A stretch of DNA of 64,000 nt from Mizuhopecten yessoensis (taxonomy: Eukaryota), in assembly GCF_002113885.1 (NCBI RefSeq), contig NW_018403859.1, positions 29,037 through 93,036 of the forward strand, read 5' to 3'. Under the pieces are notes generated by a model that saw only the letters and a list, made by a program, of their open reading frames with translations, was not told the origin of the DNA and searched no databases. The position numbers and the translations under genes are program-made. Below are positions 13,482 through 26,997 of this stretch, one piece after another; the stretch's first letter is position 1; each line of letters opens with the position of its first letter.

Positions 13482-14210
13482 GGTACTATCCTTCGTGTGA
13501 GCTATTATCGAGAACAAGTGATCTTACGTCTGCCTGTCTCGGAGACCTCGGCGATTGTGTAGACAGCCAGCTTTAGGTATCGAAGGAGTCAGGTGGGAGG
13601 ACATGTGAGTCTAAATCCCATTTGTGATAACGCACCTGTAATAAAATATTTGGGACCAGGTAAGATCGTGAACTTTCTTTCACATGGCTCCTAGCAACTC
13701 ATTGATACACTGCGGTGATATTGGAGTGTTCCTCAAAGGTAACACTCGACTTTATTGCATTGAGTCGTTCACACAAGGAGTGCCGTTATATGTACCGATC
13801 GTGATCGACAGGGTTATGCAGTTGTACAATAGGAGATTTAAAGACTAAAAATTGAAATAAATTCACCAAATTGAAACGTCACGGATAATTTCAATTTAAG
13901 AAAATGTTATTCAATATGACACACAGAATTTGTTTTTAAGCTGTTTGATACTCATGAAGCTAATGTTGTGCACGAGACCTTTGCTCATTTGTGTATTCAG
14001 GCATATATTCACTGTTGCAATCTATATATTCCAATGACGTCACAATGCATTTTGAGTTTATGTTTAATTTGATATGACAATGAAGAATAATATCAAGCAA
14101 CACCTAACCTGAGTCTAGTTTTAACAGTAGCCCTTGAAATACGGCAAGTGCACTGTATACCATAGGACTTTGAATCTTGTCGCCGCTGCCATGATCGTCA
14201 CTGCGATCGA

Positions 14211-14415
14211 GTTTGTTTGTTTGTTTGTGTTTTACATCCTATTAACAGCTATGGTCATTTAAGGACGTGCCAAGTTTTGATTTGAGTTCCCGGAGAAAAA
14301 CCACCGACCTACGGCCAGTACATGTACTTGGCGACTGCCCAAAGTAGGTCTCGGACCCGTGACCAAGTGGACGAGAGTTTGAGGTAATAGAATGTCAGAT
14401 GCCTTAACCACTTAA
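14211..14415 (-). mobile_element. tRNA-derived SINE with LINE-like 3' tail and (AAAC)n
   Basis: Minus strand: head agtggttaaggcatctgac, central ggtcggtggtttttctccggg (V-domain-like), tail ccttaaatgaccatagctgttaataggatgtaaaac(aaac)n. Confidence 0.75.
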
Positions 14416-16952
14416 CGATGAGGAAAAAATCTACCAATCTGCTGGAATAGCAAGAGAAGTATCATAGAATACGCTACGAATCTGGAATAACTACTTACGA
14501 GGATATAGAAGAGTACAGGTCACCTAGACTCATTATAAATGTGAATATTATATTCTGTTACGCTGGGGTCCTTTACATCATTGAAGAGTTCTAATATCAA
14601 CATGCGAACATTAGCACCTCCTCGCTCCAGTCCATCCCATTATCCAATCTAAGCAAATGTATTAAATATAAATGTGTGTGGCTGTATATTTTTATCAAGA
14701 ATATTCAAATTATGTAAAAAAAAAAGTTCGCGTCGTAAAATCGCCATAATGGACATTATTGCTTCATCTTTGCCCTTCGAGCCAGTTGAGATTTAACATT
14801 TAGAAAAAAAACGTACGACATTTTTGTCAGATTCAAATATGTCTTAAATATTATATTGACCATACTTTTCTGAAGTTTTAAAACATGATCAATATATATC
14901 TGATTACTGAGTAATCCACACCGATGAATAGTAGATGAACTGTGGGAATACAATACCGTTGAACTTCATTAGACATGAAAGAACACCAATCACTTTCGTC
15001 AACTTTTTTCATACATATTGTACAAGATCTTTCCAGGAAACATACTTATCAATACAAACACTTAAAAGTTTGGTACAGCTAGGTACTTCGGTGGTATAGA
15101 CCTTAACTAACCTTAGCTGTTAATATGACGTTAAACAATACGTGACTAAACCTCCATCTTTTCTACAAAATATGTACATTAAGCAATTTTTTGACAGAGC
15201 CTACAAACTTTAGGTTTTAAGAGAAAAAAGTATGTTGTCTTTCATGTATTAAATAGCGCATTCTAGATTTTTTTATTACATTTTCTTTTTTAATTAAAAA
15301 GTTTTTGTTAACATTTCAACCTCAGGTAAACTTTAACCAAATCACTTACCTATCTCAGTACCAATGTTGAAGAAACACATCATTTAGAGTTTTTGCAATA
15401 TGAATATTTTTCGTTACCAAGATGTTAACTATTTTAAGTGTATGAAGATAATTTTCTCAAAATATGTTGATAATGAGGTGCACTGGCAAGTAGCAAGTGT
15501 TAACGTCGTCTCTCGTGACGGTCACGTGGTGACCCAGTTGTGAAAACAAATGTAAGGTAATCCGGACTATGAAATATACATTTATCAAAACATGTATTGT
15601 TGGGGTGTATTATAAGGTTCACGAGCAACATTAACTTCCAAGCGTTAAGTCTCGTTGATCATTTACCTTGGACAATGGCGATGTTCTTGTTTCCAGCTCC
15701 GTTTAAATATATTAAAGTTCTATATACATCTAAGTAGTGAATTGTTTCTGTATACCGGTAACAAAATTAGTTGTGACCCGAACCACGAACAGGAAATCTG
15801 CCTCTGTGTGTATACGATTACTATAAAGGAGCCTCACACAACACCCAACGATTGTTAATGTTATACTCTTACACTTTGTAAGTTTAACACAATATGGAGT
15901 ATTCAAAACTGATTTAAAGCATATTATTTTTTATTAATTTTTTATTTTGCAAACTGAAATAAACAATCGAGCTTCAAAACTACCAATTTAAGGAGATTAG
16001 TTGAAATGGAATCAATTATCTATCAATGAGTATCAAACAAATGTTGCAACCGTTATAATATACGTTCGAATCATGATAATACTAAGTCTACTTCGTTCGA
16101 AAGCAATACTATTTCCTTTCCCCGCATAAACGCACTAATACAATACGCCTGTGCATGTTGTAATATCAACACACTCTTTACAGGTGTGTCTCTCGTTTCA
16201 CCTTGCCACTAGTGAAATAAAGTCACTTGCATAATGTTACTGATAGGATAAGTGATAAAGAGTCCTTCCCTGTGGTTATTGTGCGCCAGAGAGCACCCTG
16301 GAAACGATTTCATTTCTTTTTCATATTTTAAAAATTATGACATCACGTAACAATTCTTTGCGATGGTAACTTGTGACGTCATAAATCATCAAAATTGTTT
16401 ACTTTATCGGAATTATAAATCATGTATTTTCAACAGAAAAAATGTTTTTCTAATTGTAAGAAGACACTTCGGAAACCTTATCTGTTTATACAATTTTAAC
16501 TTTAACAAACTCCTCGAGTTAGACACATCAGATAACCAACACGTACTCGTGCCTCCTGATCATTTAATTTAAAAGCGTTTAATTGATATTAATTTAAAAT
16601 ATTTTGTTCAGGTGAAAGATAACCTTTATTAGGAGAAAACAAATGTATTAATGTGGCAGTGAGTATTTTGTTTAAATATAGTTTGATTAAAATCTTTCAA
16701 ACTTTCTATATATTACCAAAGTGGTAATATTATTATTAACTATTTTGTATTTTTAAATTATTTTATTACAGGTATCTCTAACGCTATCTATTTTAATACA
16801 CGTACTTGTCAAACCTGTTTGTGCAGTTCACATGTCCACCTGAGTATTGTATTTTTATGTTAATGTCTTGTCACGTGATTGCGTGTTCGTACGTGTACCT
16901 GTGAGTTTTACCGGCATTCCTGCACTTGACATGCAGAGTACCTGACGTACAT

Positions 16953-18582
16953 GTTTAGTTTAGTTTAGTTTATTGGCCTTTAGCCTTTCGGATAATCAGC
17001 ATAAACAGTACAATACATTTTACAAAATTGAGTGAGTGATACACAGCAATACAGACATATTATGGAGGATGGACAATATGTGTAATTATTTATTTGATCT
17101 CAGTTGTGAAGCAGAAATTAAAAATTTGGAAAGATTATTCAATTTCCTCTTACTTCTAACAGAAAGCAAATTAATTAATTTAAACATAGACGGTCTATTT
17201 CTGTAATATCTGTCAATATATTGTGTTCTTACTTCGTTGTAAAATGGACAAACAAGAATAAAATGCAATTCGTCCTCTATATCGCCTAAATTACACTTTA
17301 AACAAATTCTTTCATTACGAGGTATTCTCTCATATCTGCCCCTTTCTATACGAAGGTCGTGTGAAGATAATCTAAATTTCGCAATGGTTAAAATACAAGA
17401 TTCAGGAAAAGATTTACAAAGATAATACTGAAGACAATTAACCTCGGGCAGACATCTATATAAAAAACATTTCGTAGAGTTTTCAAAAAAATTGTTCAAA
17501 TTTTGTATAAAAACATCACGTAGACGTAGTTTAACGTCCAATATAAATTGATTCTTACATACAACTTTCTGATCATACCAAACATATCCAAAACCTAGAG
17601 ACATTAACATTGATTTCACATTACTAAGCCAGTTGGCCTTTGTATTTACTTCAGACAACATATCATTATACAAGGCTTTCAAAATACAGTTATCTGTTTC
17701 AAGTAATTTCAACCATTACTTAATTATTCTCATTTTCCGTATTATACAAAGTGGTAATCTACCAAGTTCAGAGTACAACATATTGTTTGGAGTACACCTT
17801 CTAACATTAAGTAAGCGCTTACAAAAATCTATGTGCACTTTCTCTACGTCAGGGACAGCATGGAATCCCCATTCTTCACAGCCGTAGTTTAATACACTTG
17901 AAACATAAATATCAAATACGTATATTTTAGTTTCAATGTTAAAAAATTGTTATTACAAATATTCGTTATGCGGTATACACATTTTCGACCTTGCTGACTA
18001 ATAATATTCTGAGTTTGGGTAAACTTTCCATTATAAAACAATGTTACACCCAGATAATTGAAAGACTCAACAATTTCAATGGTTTTTCCATTGTAATACC
18101 ATCTGTTATTATTTGAAAGGTTACCGCCATTACGAAAGACAACGATTTTCGTTTTGGCCACATTGACCTTTATATTCCATGTGGTACTATAGTCATACAA
18201 GGAATCAAGCATAGTCTGAAGACCTTCTATGGACTCAGAAAAAAAGACAGTATCGTCCGCATACATAATCAAAAACAGCGATATATCTCTTAATTCAACA
18301 CATCCAGTGGTTTTCATGATCAACTCATTTTCAAAATCATTGATATATAGAGAAAAAAGAAAGGGAGATAACCCTTCCCCTTGCATAAGCCCGTTTGTGA
18401 CATTGAAAAAGGTAGATAACTCCGACTCATATTTTACACAAGATCTAACCATTTCATAGATGGATTTAACGATAGTGTACATTTTTCCAGTGACCATATT
18501 CCTTTCTAACTTATGAAACAATTTCTTACGATTAATAGTGTCAAACGCTTTTTCATAGTCAATGAAACAACAATAGAGTTGT
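16953..18582 (-). mobile_element. 5'-truncated degenerate non-LTR retrotransposon (RTE-X-like): RT + C-terminal CCHC domain, (CTAAA)n tail
   Basis: RT motifs FIDYEKAFD, GLMQGEGLSPFLF, YADD and YLG, then C-terminal RLSSHDLRIERGRY..ERICLKC..EDELHFILVC. The frame is broken by a frameshift near 17.9 kb and an in-frame stop near 17718. The element ends in aataaa(ctaaa)n. Confidence 0.88.
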
Positions 18583-19244
18583 AACACGTTCACGTACAAC
18601 ATTTACAGACGACCTATCCATACAGACTATGAATTTAAAGTGCAGCAATATCATATAGTAAGTAATAAGAATTATAAACCATTTTAAGTTATGCTATAAA
18701 TAATTAACCTTTACGGAATTATATATTTTTCAATTAGAGGAGGCTAAATTATCTTTCCTTTATTAAACATATTTACTTAATTAAGATGTTATATTTTTCC
18801 CTACAGATGAATTGAATATATAGACGACAAGCCATTATAAGTATTGTCATTAAGACCCCTGTCGGATTGATAGGGTAGGTATTTGTTAATCTATACGCTA
18901 TGTAAATTATGGGACTATTGAAAATAATGTGTTAACTAAATGGATAAATTGTTTAATTTATCATGAAGCAGAATGATATATTTATTATAAAGTCGTAATG
19001 TTAATTGTAACCGTTACGGGGAATTTGTATTTAATATGTATGTGATAAAGTATATTTCTCGTGTAGTGTACATGTATATCGCAGACTATCCTACTTGTTC
19101 TTATATGTTGTATTTGTGTTATTGTAGGGTCTTCTTTGTGTTATGAAATAAACCACTAAAATGGAATCACAATATTGGTTATTCTGTCATGAACCAATGT
19201 AGAGTTGACCCGGCTACATTAATTTCTCAGGAATAAAATCGGAA

Positions 19245-19730
19245 GATTTTTTCTAATTAGCATTGATCAATTACGTGACCAGTATTTAAGACATATTTAC
19301 CCATTTGTTTTATTATTTTAACGCGGTTTATTCATGAGTGAAGATTCTAAGGAATCTAGAGATTCTAGACAGAAAATAAATAAACTATAAATCTCTCGGT
19401 TCAAGGTCGTCCAAATCCGCCAGGTAAAGAGTGCATTGTAATGCTTATCAAAATTGCACCAGTGCACACTTTAACATGCAGTGGTGATAATGCTTTTAAG
19501 TGTTTTGTACCTGGTCCACCATGCAAAGCTGCAATCCCTGAACTTATTGTAAGACTGACATGGATGATGTATATTGAATACATAACAAGAACACTTATAC
19601 TACTGTCTAGAATCTCTAGATTCCTTAGAATCTTCACTCATGAATAAACCGCGTTAAAATAATAAAACAAATGGGTAAATATGTCTTAAATACTGGTCAC
19701 GTAATTGATCAATGCTAATTAGAAAAAATC
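19245..19730. repeat. Perfect 128-bp inverted repeat (19245-19372 / 19603-19730) with 230-bp spacer
   Basis: The arms read as exact reverse complements (gattttttctaattag...ctagacag / ctgtctag...ctaattagaaaaaatc). Confidence 0.92.
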
Positions 19731-21360
19731 AAAGACTTTGATATTTACCATTTATACACCAGATTTGCTTTCCTTTCTCATTCTGTTAAAATTACTATGA
19801 TCATCCCGTGAAAAATTATAAACTCTTTTTTATGCAATAGAAGTTGGATAGAGAATTTCATTCCGAAGGGATCATCAACTAGGGTAAAAGCACGAGGTTC
19901 TGCCGAATGTTTTGTTCCAATTTATGATCTGCGAAGGATCAGTTCGGTATGTTTCACACACGTCTACTTAAACATGTGGCATATGAACCCGATCACAGCT
20001 GTCCCTAAACTATTGAGTAAGCTGATATAGTTCCGATATACGTGTGCTACACATTTAATACAAACTATCTTAAACACATTTTATAAAGTATTTTAAATAC
20101 TGGTCATGTAATCAATTTATTTACATCTTTGAAGGAGTAACTACTTCCCTAGATATACATTGTAGTATTCCTACGCCTTCTGATGAGCCTACTTAAGTTA
20201 ACACTTGACAGCTTGGTTACCTTACATGGACAAACCTTATCGAACGTGACCGGAAATCAGGAAGGAAAACATATTCCACATAGGTGCACCAAATTACCTC
20301 AATGAACTGCATTTTACTGAACCCTTGCCAGTAAGTTTACAAATGAAAATATTTGTAGTATATAATATTTTATAATGGTCAATATTTAATTGGCTGACTT
20401 ACTGAAACGTAATGTCATCGTGATATGACATGAATCGTCAACAGTCGGCATTTTGAAAAGCCCATTAACATAGAAAAGGTATACGTAACTAGGGCTAATA
20501 CAAACATGTAAAAGGAAATGACACCAAACAAACGAAACATGAAAACCCCCCGACTATAAATAGAAGTATCAAGATTTGCTATGGTTAGTTATATATCTTT
20601 TGTAACAGACCAACAGTCATCAGATAGTCTAGAATGTTATGTAATTTGATGGACTATATGTCAAGTTGGATTTTGCAGAGAATATTGATGCATTATTGGT
20701 AGCCGGCATCTAATAGCAGCATTATGGTAGTGGCGAGAACGTTATCATCTTTACTTTAACACTACATGGTGTTTTTGAAAAAGACAAAAAAGGTATAAGG
20801 GTTTTGCAGATTACATCAACGATACGGTTACCGTTGTATACCTACATTGAACTGTCTTCTGCTCAAAATATTCATTTCTTTCACTTACCAGACTCCCAGG
20901 TAAGGTGTGGATGTTAATTTAATAAAGCTAAAGATAGGTGAGATTAGAGATTCTACAGCATGTCTCGGTTCTGATCCAAAATCTTACACCGACGGTATTA
21001 TCTTCCAGGCATGTACAATGTACCTACATATGATATATGCCATAATACACGTTTCGTTATAAAAATGAAGGAGAGTTATCATTTAATATCTATACTTTAA
21101 AGTATGTTGTGTTACACATCACAGTACTGATACAACAATCCTGTCTGCCATTCTTATAAGACTGCAAGAGTTATGGCCCTTCTTTTAATACATTTACCTA
21201 TATATACATACTTTGTCTGTCATATTTCTAACTGTATATCGATAAAAAAATTTATTTATGTATTTTTTTATGGCGAAAAACATGAATCTTAAAGTTAACA
21301 TCAATCAAATGTGAATGAGAATTATGTCGGCGGAATTAAACCTGAATAGAAGAAAGTCAA

Positions 21361-21562
21361 GCGATACTCCAGGGGTTACGCTAGCTAGCGCTCTCTGCAC
21401 CCCTCATCCTCGATAGCGAAAGTAAGCGTAACCCCTGGATATCGAGGATGTGCACCCTGGAATATACAGCTGTTTGATTGGTTTGATTTGAAGACAACAG
21501 ATCTAGAGGAGCTACACCCAAGACAGTCATTTTTTGCCGTAACCCCTGGACTATCGAAGATG
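21361..21562. mobile_element. Nested short TIR elements (catcctcgatatccaggggttacg family)
   Basis: Outer arms ccaggggttacg / cgtaacccctgg. The inner copy at 21405-21450 is flanked by tgcacccct / tgcaccctg and shares termini with the element at 52316-52383. Confidence 0.65.
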
Positions 21563-22970
21563 GTCAAGCTCATGGTCATTATGTTCCGCTTAACGTTCCA
21601 CCAAGGTGACTTGAAATAGTGTGTTGACGAGGGATGCCGATAGGTGAATTTTTGATTGAAATAAGTGTTTATTGTTTAGCGTACGTCAGCCGAATGGCGA
21701 CTAAAAATAAAAAAGAATCTTTCCAAATACATCCAGGTAAAATTGAAAAAGCCGGACACAAGGTCAGAAATGAAAAAATATCGCACAGCTTGTGAAATAA
21801 AGACGCGACAAATGTTAGCGCGCGCAAAATAATAGCCTCAGTTAAATTATTATATTATCTAGATCACCATGCTTAACAATGGTATATTGACACTGAAGTA
21901 GACACAAAAAAAAGACGTTCGTACCTTTTACCTGGTTACAGGTAGATATATGATCAACATATATTTGTATATTATGATGGGAGATACATCTCAGATTCGA
22001 AAATATTGGAAAAATGACCAGCTCAGGCCGCAAACGGAGTTCGTTTATTATTTTTTTGCATTTTTTTAGCATTCTATTCATGATATATTCCTACATAATA
22101 AACGCATATACATTGATTATTTCTTAAATAATCGTACTATCCTGATTAAAATACTCATAAGCATAACAACCTGCTTTTACCAATAGACTATGATATGCAT
22201 TAAGTTTCCCGTCGCCAGATGATTCCGTTGTTGCACGTGAAACTTCATTGATTTTCTTCTTTTCACACCATATAGCTTTAGTTGATTTTCTGATGAGAGT
22301 TCCTGTTACATAGAGTTTGCAAGATGATGTCATCATTCATGTTTTGTGCTAAGGCAGCTAAATTATTTCAATAAATGCAAAACAGTGTATAGTTATTGTT
22401 TTAAATCTATACAAACGCGGGTATGCTTTCACACAATACAGAGTTTATTTTGAGAACAATTACACAACAAAAGCTATATACCGATTCAGCCATGCACATA
22501 GAGATATTACTATACAATATAGCGACATGAAGATTCAGTGAATACTGACGATTTATTTTGACACGACGGTGGGTCTTTCTCTACAGCAAGGTACAGACTT
22601 AATATATTGACTATTGGCTGCACTGTTTGTTATACGAAGTCATTTACAGTTTGAACTCATTTATCTCGAATGAAGGTCAATGTATTGAAGGTGAAAAAAT
22701 TAGATAATGACCGTAGACTTAATGGCTTCTATTAAAGATAAGACAAGAAACGAAACACATTTGAATTGTGCATCTTAAATTGAAAACATTACAGTTATAT
22801 ATCGCTCACGTGGTTTTTCTTCATTACGACGCTGCATTTTATTATTATAAACATACCACTGTCAAAGGCTAGGTAACCAGTGATATGAACAGAATATTTT
22901 CGTATTTGTCTCTACCTACACTTGTCTCAACTTTTAGTATAAAAATAAATGCAGCATGCAGTTATGTAGA

Positions 22971-23764
22971 TCAAATTTTGCATATAAATGAGAAGACGAA
23001 GTTGATCATTATTTGGTAAAAGGACGGGAAAGTAGGATGTATGTGTACATTTTCATTTCCTACCGTGGCGTCCCATTGATCTATATAATATACTTTATGT
23101 TGCAAATCTTTGAACTCTTCATACAGGATCTGTTCAAAAATTCTGCTTAAGTAATCGAATGGTTCTAGAAAAATACCATATGTGTAGGAGTGAGGACCCT
23201 TAATAAAAATGCTTGAATGAGGAGATCGTCTTAGAAGTCGAACCACAGCTTTCTTAGCACTCTGGACATGCTCTCGGTACTGTTCCGGAGTTGTCCTCGT
23301 TAAATGGCCATACCAATGTAACACAACAATGGCGCTTTTATTTCCGGGCAATTCGTCTATTCTGGAGGCTACCGATCGAAAGTTATTTTTGTTTTGCTCA
23401 TGGCTGTAGAATGGAATTTCGTGCGGAGTCCAGTACATTGATATCGCTGTATCATTATCTACAGCCTCAGAAAACTTCTGCCATGCTTTGTCCTTTATTT
23501 CACGATTACCGACAAGTATGTGTAGATTCAACAATTTGGCTAAGGGCGAAAACCAATTCCGTGTTGTAGAATCACCTGTCATTAGTACAGGGCGGTTCTT
23601 CAGACACTTCAGGTAGGATTCGTACCTCCATCGGAGTGAGGGCCTACATACTAGAGACCGCCATTGACCTTTGTAGAAGTAGCCGGTCGGGTTGTTTGTC
23701 TGCCATGTGACGGTACTGTTGAGGTCGTGGCACGACACGTGAGAACCTTTTATAAAGTTAAACC
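22971..23764 (-). CDS. NXPE-like last exon (PC-esterase / SGNH-like domain)
   Basis: Lies within ORF 22971-23780; acceptor tttctctcctcag; contains the GDS motif. Confidence 0.9.
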
Positions 23765-26700
23765 CTGAGGAGAGAAACAATAGCAGTCACACCATATAGC
23801 CATCTACTTCCGGAGAAAATCGCTTTGCATGCAGTACTTACTCATTTCATGTAACCTTTTTAACGCATTTCCAAAAGATTTACGTACATATTACATATAA
23901 TTCTATTATAAGATTAAATTATATATATATATATATATATAGTAGATAATAAATAAATAAGTCCTTGCGAAGGAAAATATAGAATAAAAACATTTTTTTC
24001 AGATCTTCCGCTAGGCCTTTCTGCCTTCTAGGGCTTCTTCAGGCGGATTGATGATATATATATTTGTATCTTGTTATATGTTTTGTTATTAAATCGTTTA
24101 TTTTAATGTCATGATAAAAGGGCGGCTTGCCTCGAATTTGTTCTTAATACTCATCTAACGAACGTCGGATGCAGTGTTCATACATGGTAGAATGTACAAT
24201 AAAATACTGTAACAGTCCATTATAAAGCCGTAGCTGTCCAATATTGTGTTTAATAATGGACAGCTACTGGCCTAATAATGACATAATAAATACAGGAACA
24301 GGATACAAAAATAAGTTGAAGCAACAGCAGATCCACAATTTACTTATCATGTATGATTTTGAAAAAACTATACAGGACATGTAAAAGTCATCTTTCAAAA
24401 CCTCATAAATAGTTCTATTTAATCCTTATAGATAACCCAGCTGAACATATCACTTTTGAAATTTATTGAGAATAAAGGTCTTTCAACACAAATTAATCCA
24501 AACGAATCCTGTAAAACATGATTGATAAAGGAATATGGTAATCCATTAATGATTTTGAAATGTGTTTATTGATGGATAGGGCATATAGTAATTATTTTCG
24601 TGAACTGCCACTAGTGCTGGTTTAGTTGTTAATTTCGGTTTTAATTGCTTTGCACTTTGCTTCAGTAGCTTTTCTATGCATGCAATCTCTAGTCATTTTA
24701 GTAAACTTTCACTGTTGGTCTTCGTCTATGTGTTGTATTAATCAACTTGTCCTTGCGTTAAAACCATTGCAAATGATTTTGAAAGCGGCATTGTTCATCA
24801 ACTTCTGAGAGTGTAGTCACTTGAAAGGACCAAGCTGGACTGACAAATAAATACCCAGGATTCACTTTATCACTATTTTGACATGAAAATCATGTGTATT
24901 TCCAAATATAGTCACTCTATCTGTACCTGTCCAATAAGTTAGCAATACATATATTCATGCTTGAATGACCAAAGCTCATGCTGCATACACACCAATACCC
25001 CATAGTATACTTCATTACCTGGAAATTGTGCTGTAGCTGTCCAATCTTAACACAAAAACCTGTCAACTATTAATACAACGGAGTACTGCGTTTTGAGTAG
25101 GAGAAAGCCGACAACTGTTCATTCTGTGAGAGTATGGACTGATATAAGCCGGTAACAGTTCTCAAAATTATCGGTAGCCAAGGAAAAGTCCTTTTAATAT
25201 TATTTTTTTACTGTTTCAGAATATAAATCCGTAGCAGCTGGAAATTGATGCCAAAGTGATACTTACCAGAATATACATTCAGCGTTGATACTCTTTTCTT
25301 GAAATTCTTATGTTGTCTGAAAGAAATTAGTAATTATTGTCTTAAAAAAGTATTTATTAGGAATTATCTACTCCTTGCACACACCGTTTTGAGGTAATTT
25401 GTTTTATATTCAACGATAGCACAGTATAACACCGTGTTCTTAATTTGCAAAGGATGATAGGCTAAAGTAATATTGTATGTACGAACACATAAAGAGAAGT
25501 AATGGTGCAGGGAAAATATAAATAAGGAATGTTTGTCTTTCTGTAACATTTTTTATGAGCGTCATTAAAGATGTTACAATTGATCTATTATCAAAACAAT
25601 AATAGTGGTAAAATATTTTAATAAAAATGCTTGGTTTACATTTAGCATTAGCAGAGAACACATTAATCTTACTTACAGAAATAATGATTGATGTTTTTTG
25701 TAACATGAGTGTATATCCGTCCGCTCGTACACACTCCAGTCTGAGCAGCTAAGATTGATCGGTTTACCACAAAAAAACGACATGTTGAAGTTCTGCGCTG
25801 TAAAGTTGCAGTACTCTTTCACATCGGGGATATTTGGGACAACGCTACATAAAGTGGACTCCGTCAGCTTGTTTCTTTCAAATCCTGCTTTTAGGAACGT
25901 GATTAATCCATATGTATGAACATTATTTAAGTAAATTCCAATATGTTCTTTCGTATTTGCAATAGAAATCATCAGTTCTGGATTGCCAACCCACAAAACT
26001 TTGACGATCCCTGTATATGATCCGTTGTCGTGATCAATCACATGACCGGAAACGGAAGCGCGAAGAGAATGTTCCCGAAGCCATACCCTGAGCATGTCTC
26101 CTCCCACTGTAAACCTCTCGCCTCTTCCGTTGTACAACACAATGTCCACTCTGATTTCATCTCCGACTCTGACGTAACTTATGTCCTTCCTCGTATTTAT
26201 CACTGATGTTGTTATGTTCGCCAGCGATATGAAATCCTTGAAGTCAGTGAGTTTAAGATACTCATTCATTTTTTCTAATGCGTTCATGGGAATCGTACGC
26301 CATGAGGCAAATTCGTAAATTATTTGCCCTCGAAGCTGAGAGTTGTCAAACCTGAGTAAAAATAAAAATAAAATAAAGAAATAATCATGTTTACTCAAAA
26401 CAAAGAGAGCCAAGCACCTGACTTCTTCACGTCAACTCTACATCCAGAGTGCCAAACACCTTACTTCTTCACGTCTACTCTACATCTAGAGTGCCAAACA
26501 CCTTACTTCTTCACGTCTACTCTACATCCAGATTGCCAAGCACCATACTTCTTCACGTCTACGTAACACCCGGAGTGCCAATGACCTTTCTTCTTCACGT
26601 CTACTCTACATCCAGAGTGCCAAGCACCTTACTTCTTCACGTCTGCTCTACATCTAGAGTGCCAAACACTTTACTTCTTCACGTTTACTATACACCCTAA

Positions 26701-26997
26701 GTGCCAAGCATCTTACTACTTCACGTCTACTCCCAGAGAGCGAAGTACGTTTATTCTAATCCCAGAAAGTAAAACATTTTAGTTCTAAGCGTTAGCTGTA
26801 AACCCAAAAAGCCCAGCACTTTAGTTATTGCGTTTCTTTCTTTACTAATTTTGGATAGGAATACACATTTAAGTTTTAATCCGGATAAATACATACCATT
26901 TGGTTGTGTCCATTGTCGTAAAGAAGAAGCATATGATCGTTGTTAAAACACACCATATCATCATCCTTCGAAAAAATGGTGATGCATTAACAGCCAT
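22971..26997 (-). CDS. NXPE family member (neurexophilin and PC-esterase domain; NXPE3-like), complete, about 539 aa; exons 26997-26897, 26351-25677, 25316-25267, 23764-22971
   Basis: N-terminal signal-anchor (MMIWCVLTTIICFFF). Ig-like region with NXPE motifs GGD.LRV, G.V.DHDNGSY and FFCGKP..L.C. PC-esterase domain with PTGYFY...W, CLKNR.V...GDSTTR.W, DQWD and HIHP. All introns are GT-AG with consistent phases (2,2,1), totalling 1620 nt. Confidence 0.9.
24007..24047 (-). ncRNA. Minimal type I hammerhead ribozyme motif within a Penelope-like remnant (about 23942-24053)
   Basis: Minus strand reads UCCGC-CUGAAGA-A-GCC-cuagaa-GGC-A-GAAA-GGCC-UA-GCGGA: stem I, conserved core, stem II, palindromic stem III and an NUH site. 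The insert is bounded by (TA)n on both sides. Confidence 0.7.
25677..26351 (-). CDS. NXPE-like exon 2 (Ig-like/neurexophilin region)
   Basis: Lies within ORF 25673-26413; acceptor tttactcag, donor gtaagt. Confidence 0.88.
26405..26745. repeat. 42-bp tandem repeat, about 8 copies, in NXPE intron 1
   Basis: Unit gagtgccaaacaccttacttcttcacgtctactctacatcta. Confidence 0.92.

Noticed and set aside
19401-19647. ORFs on both strands in the inverted-repeat spacer
   Set aside because: Short, with no recognisable domain or convincing splice context.
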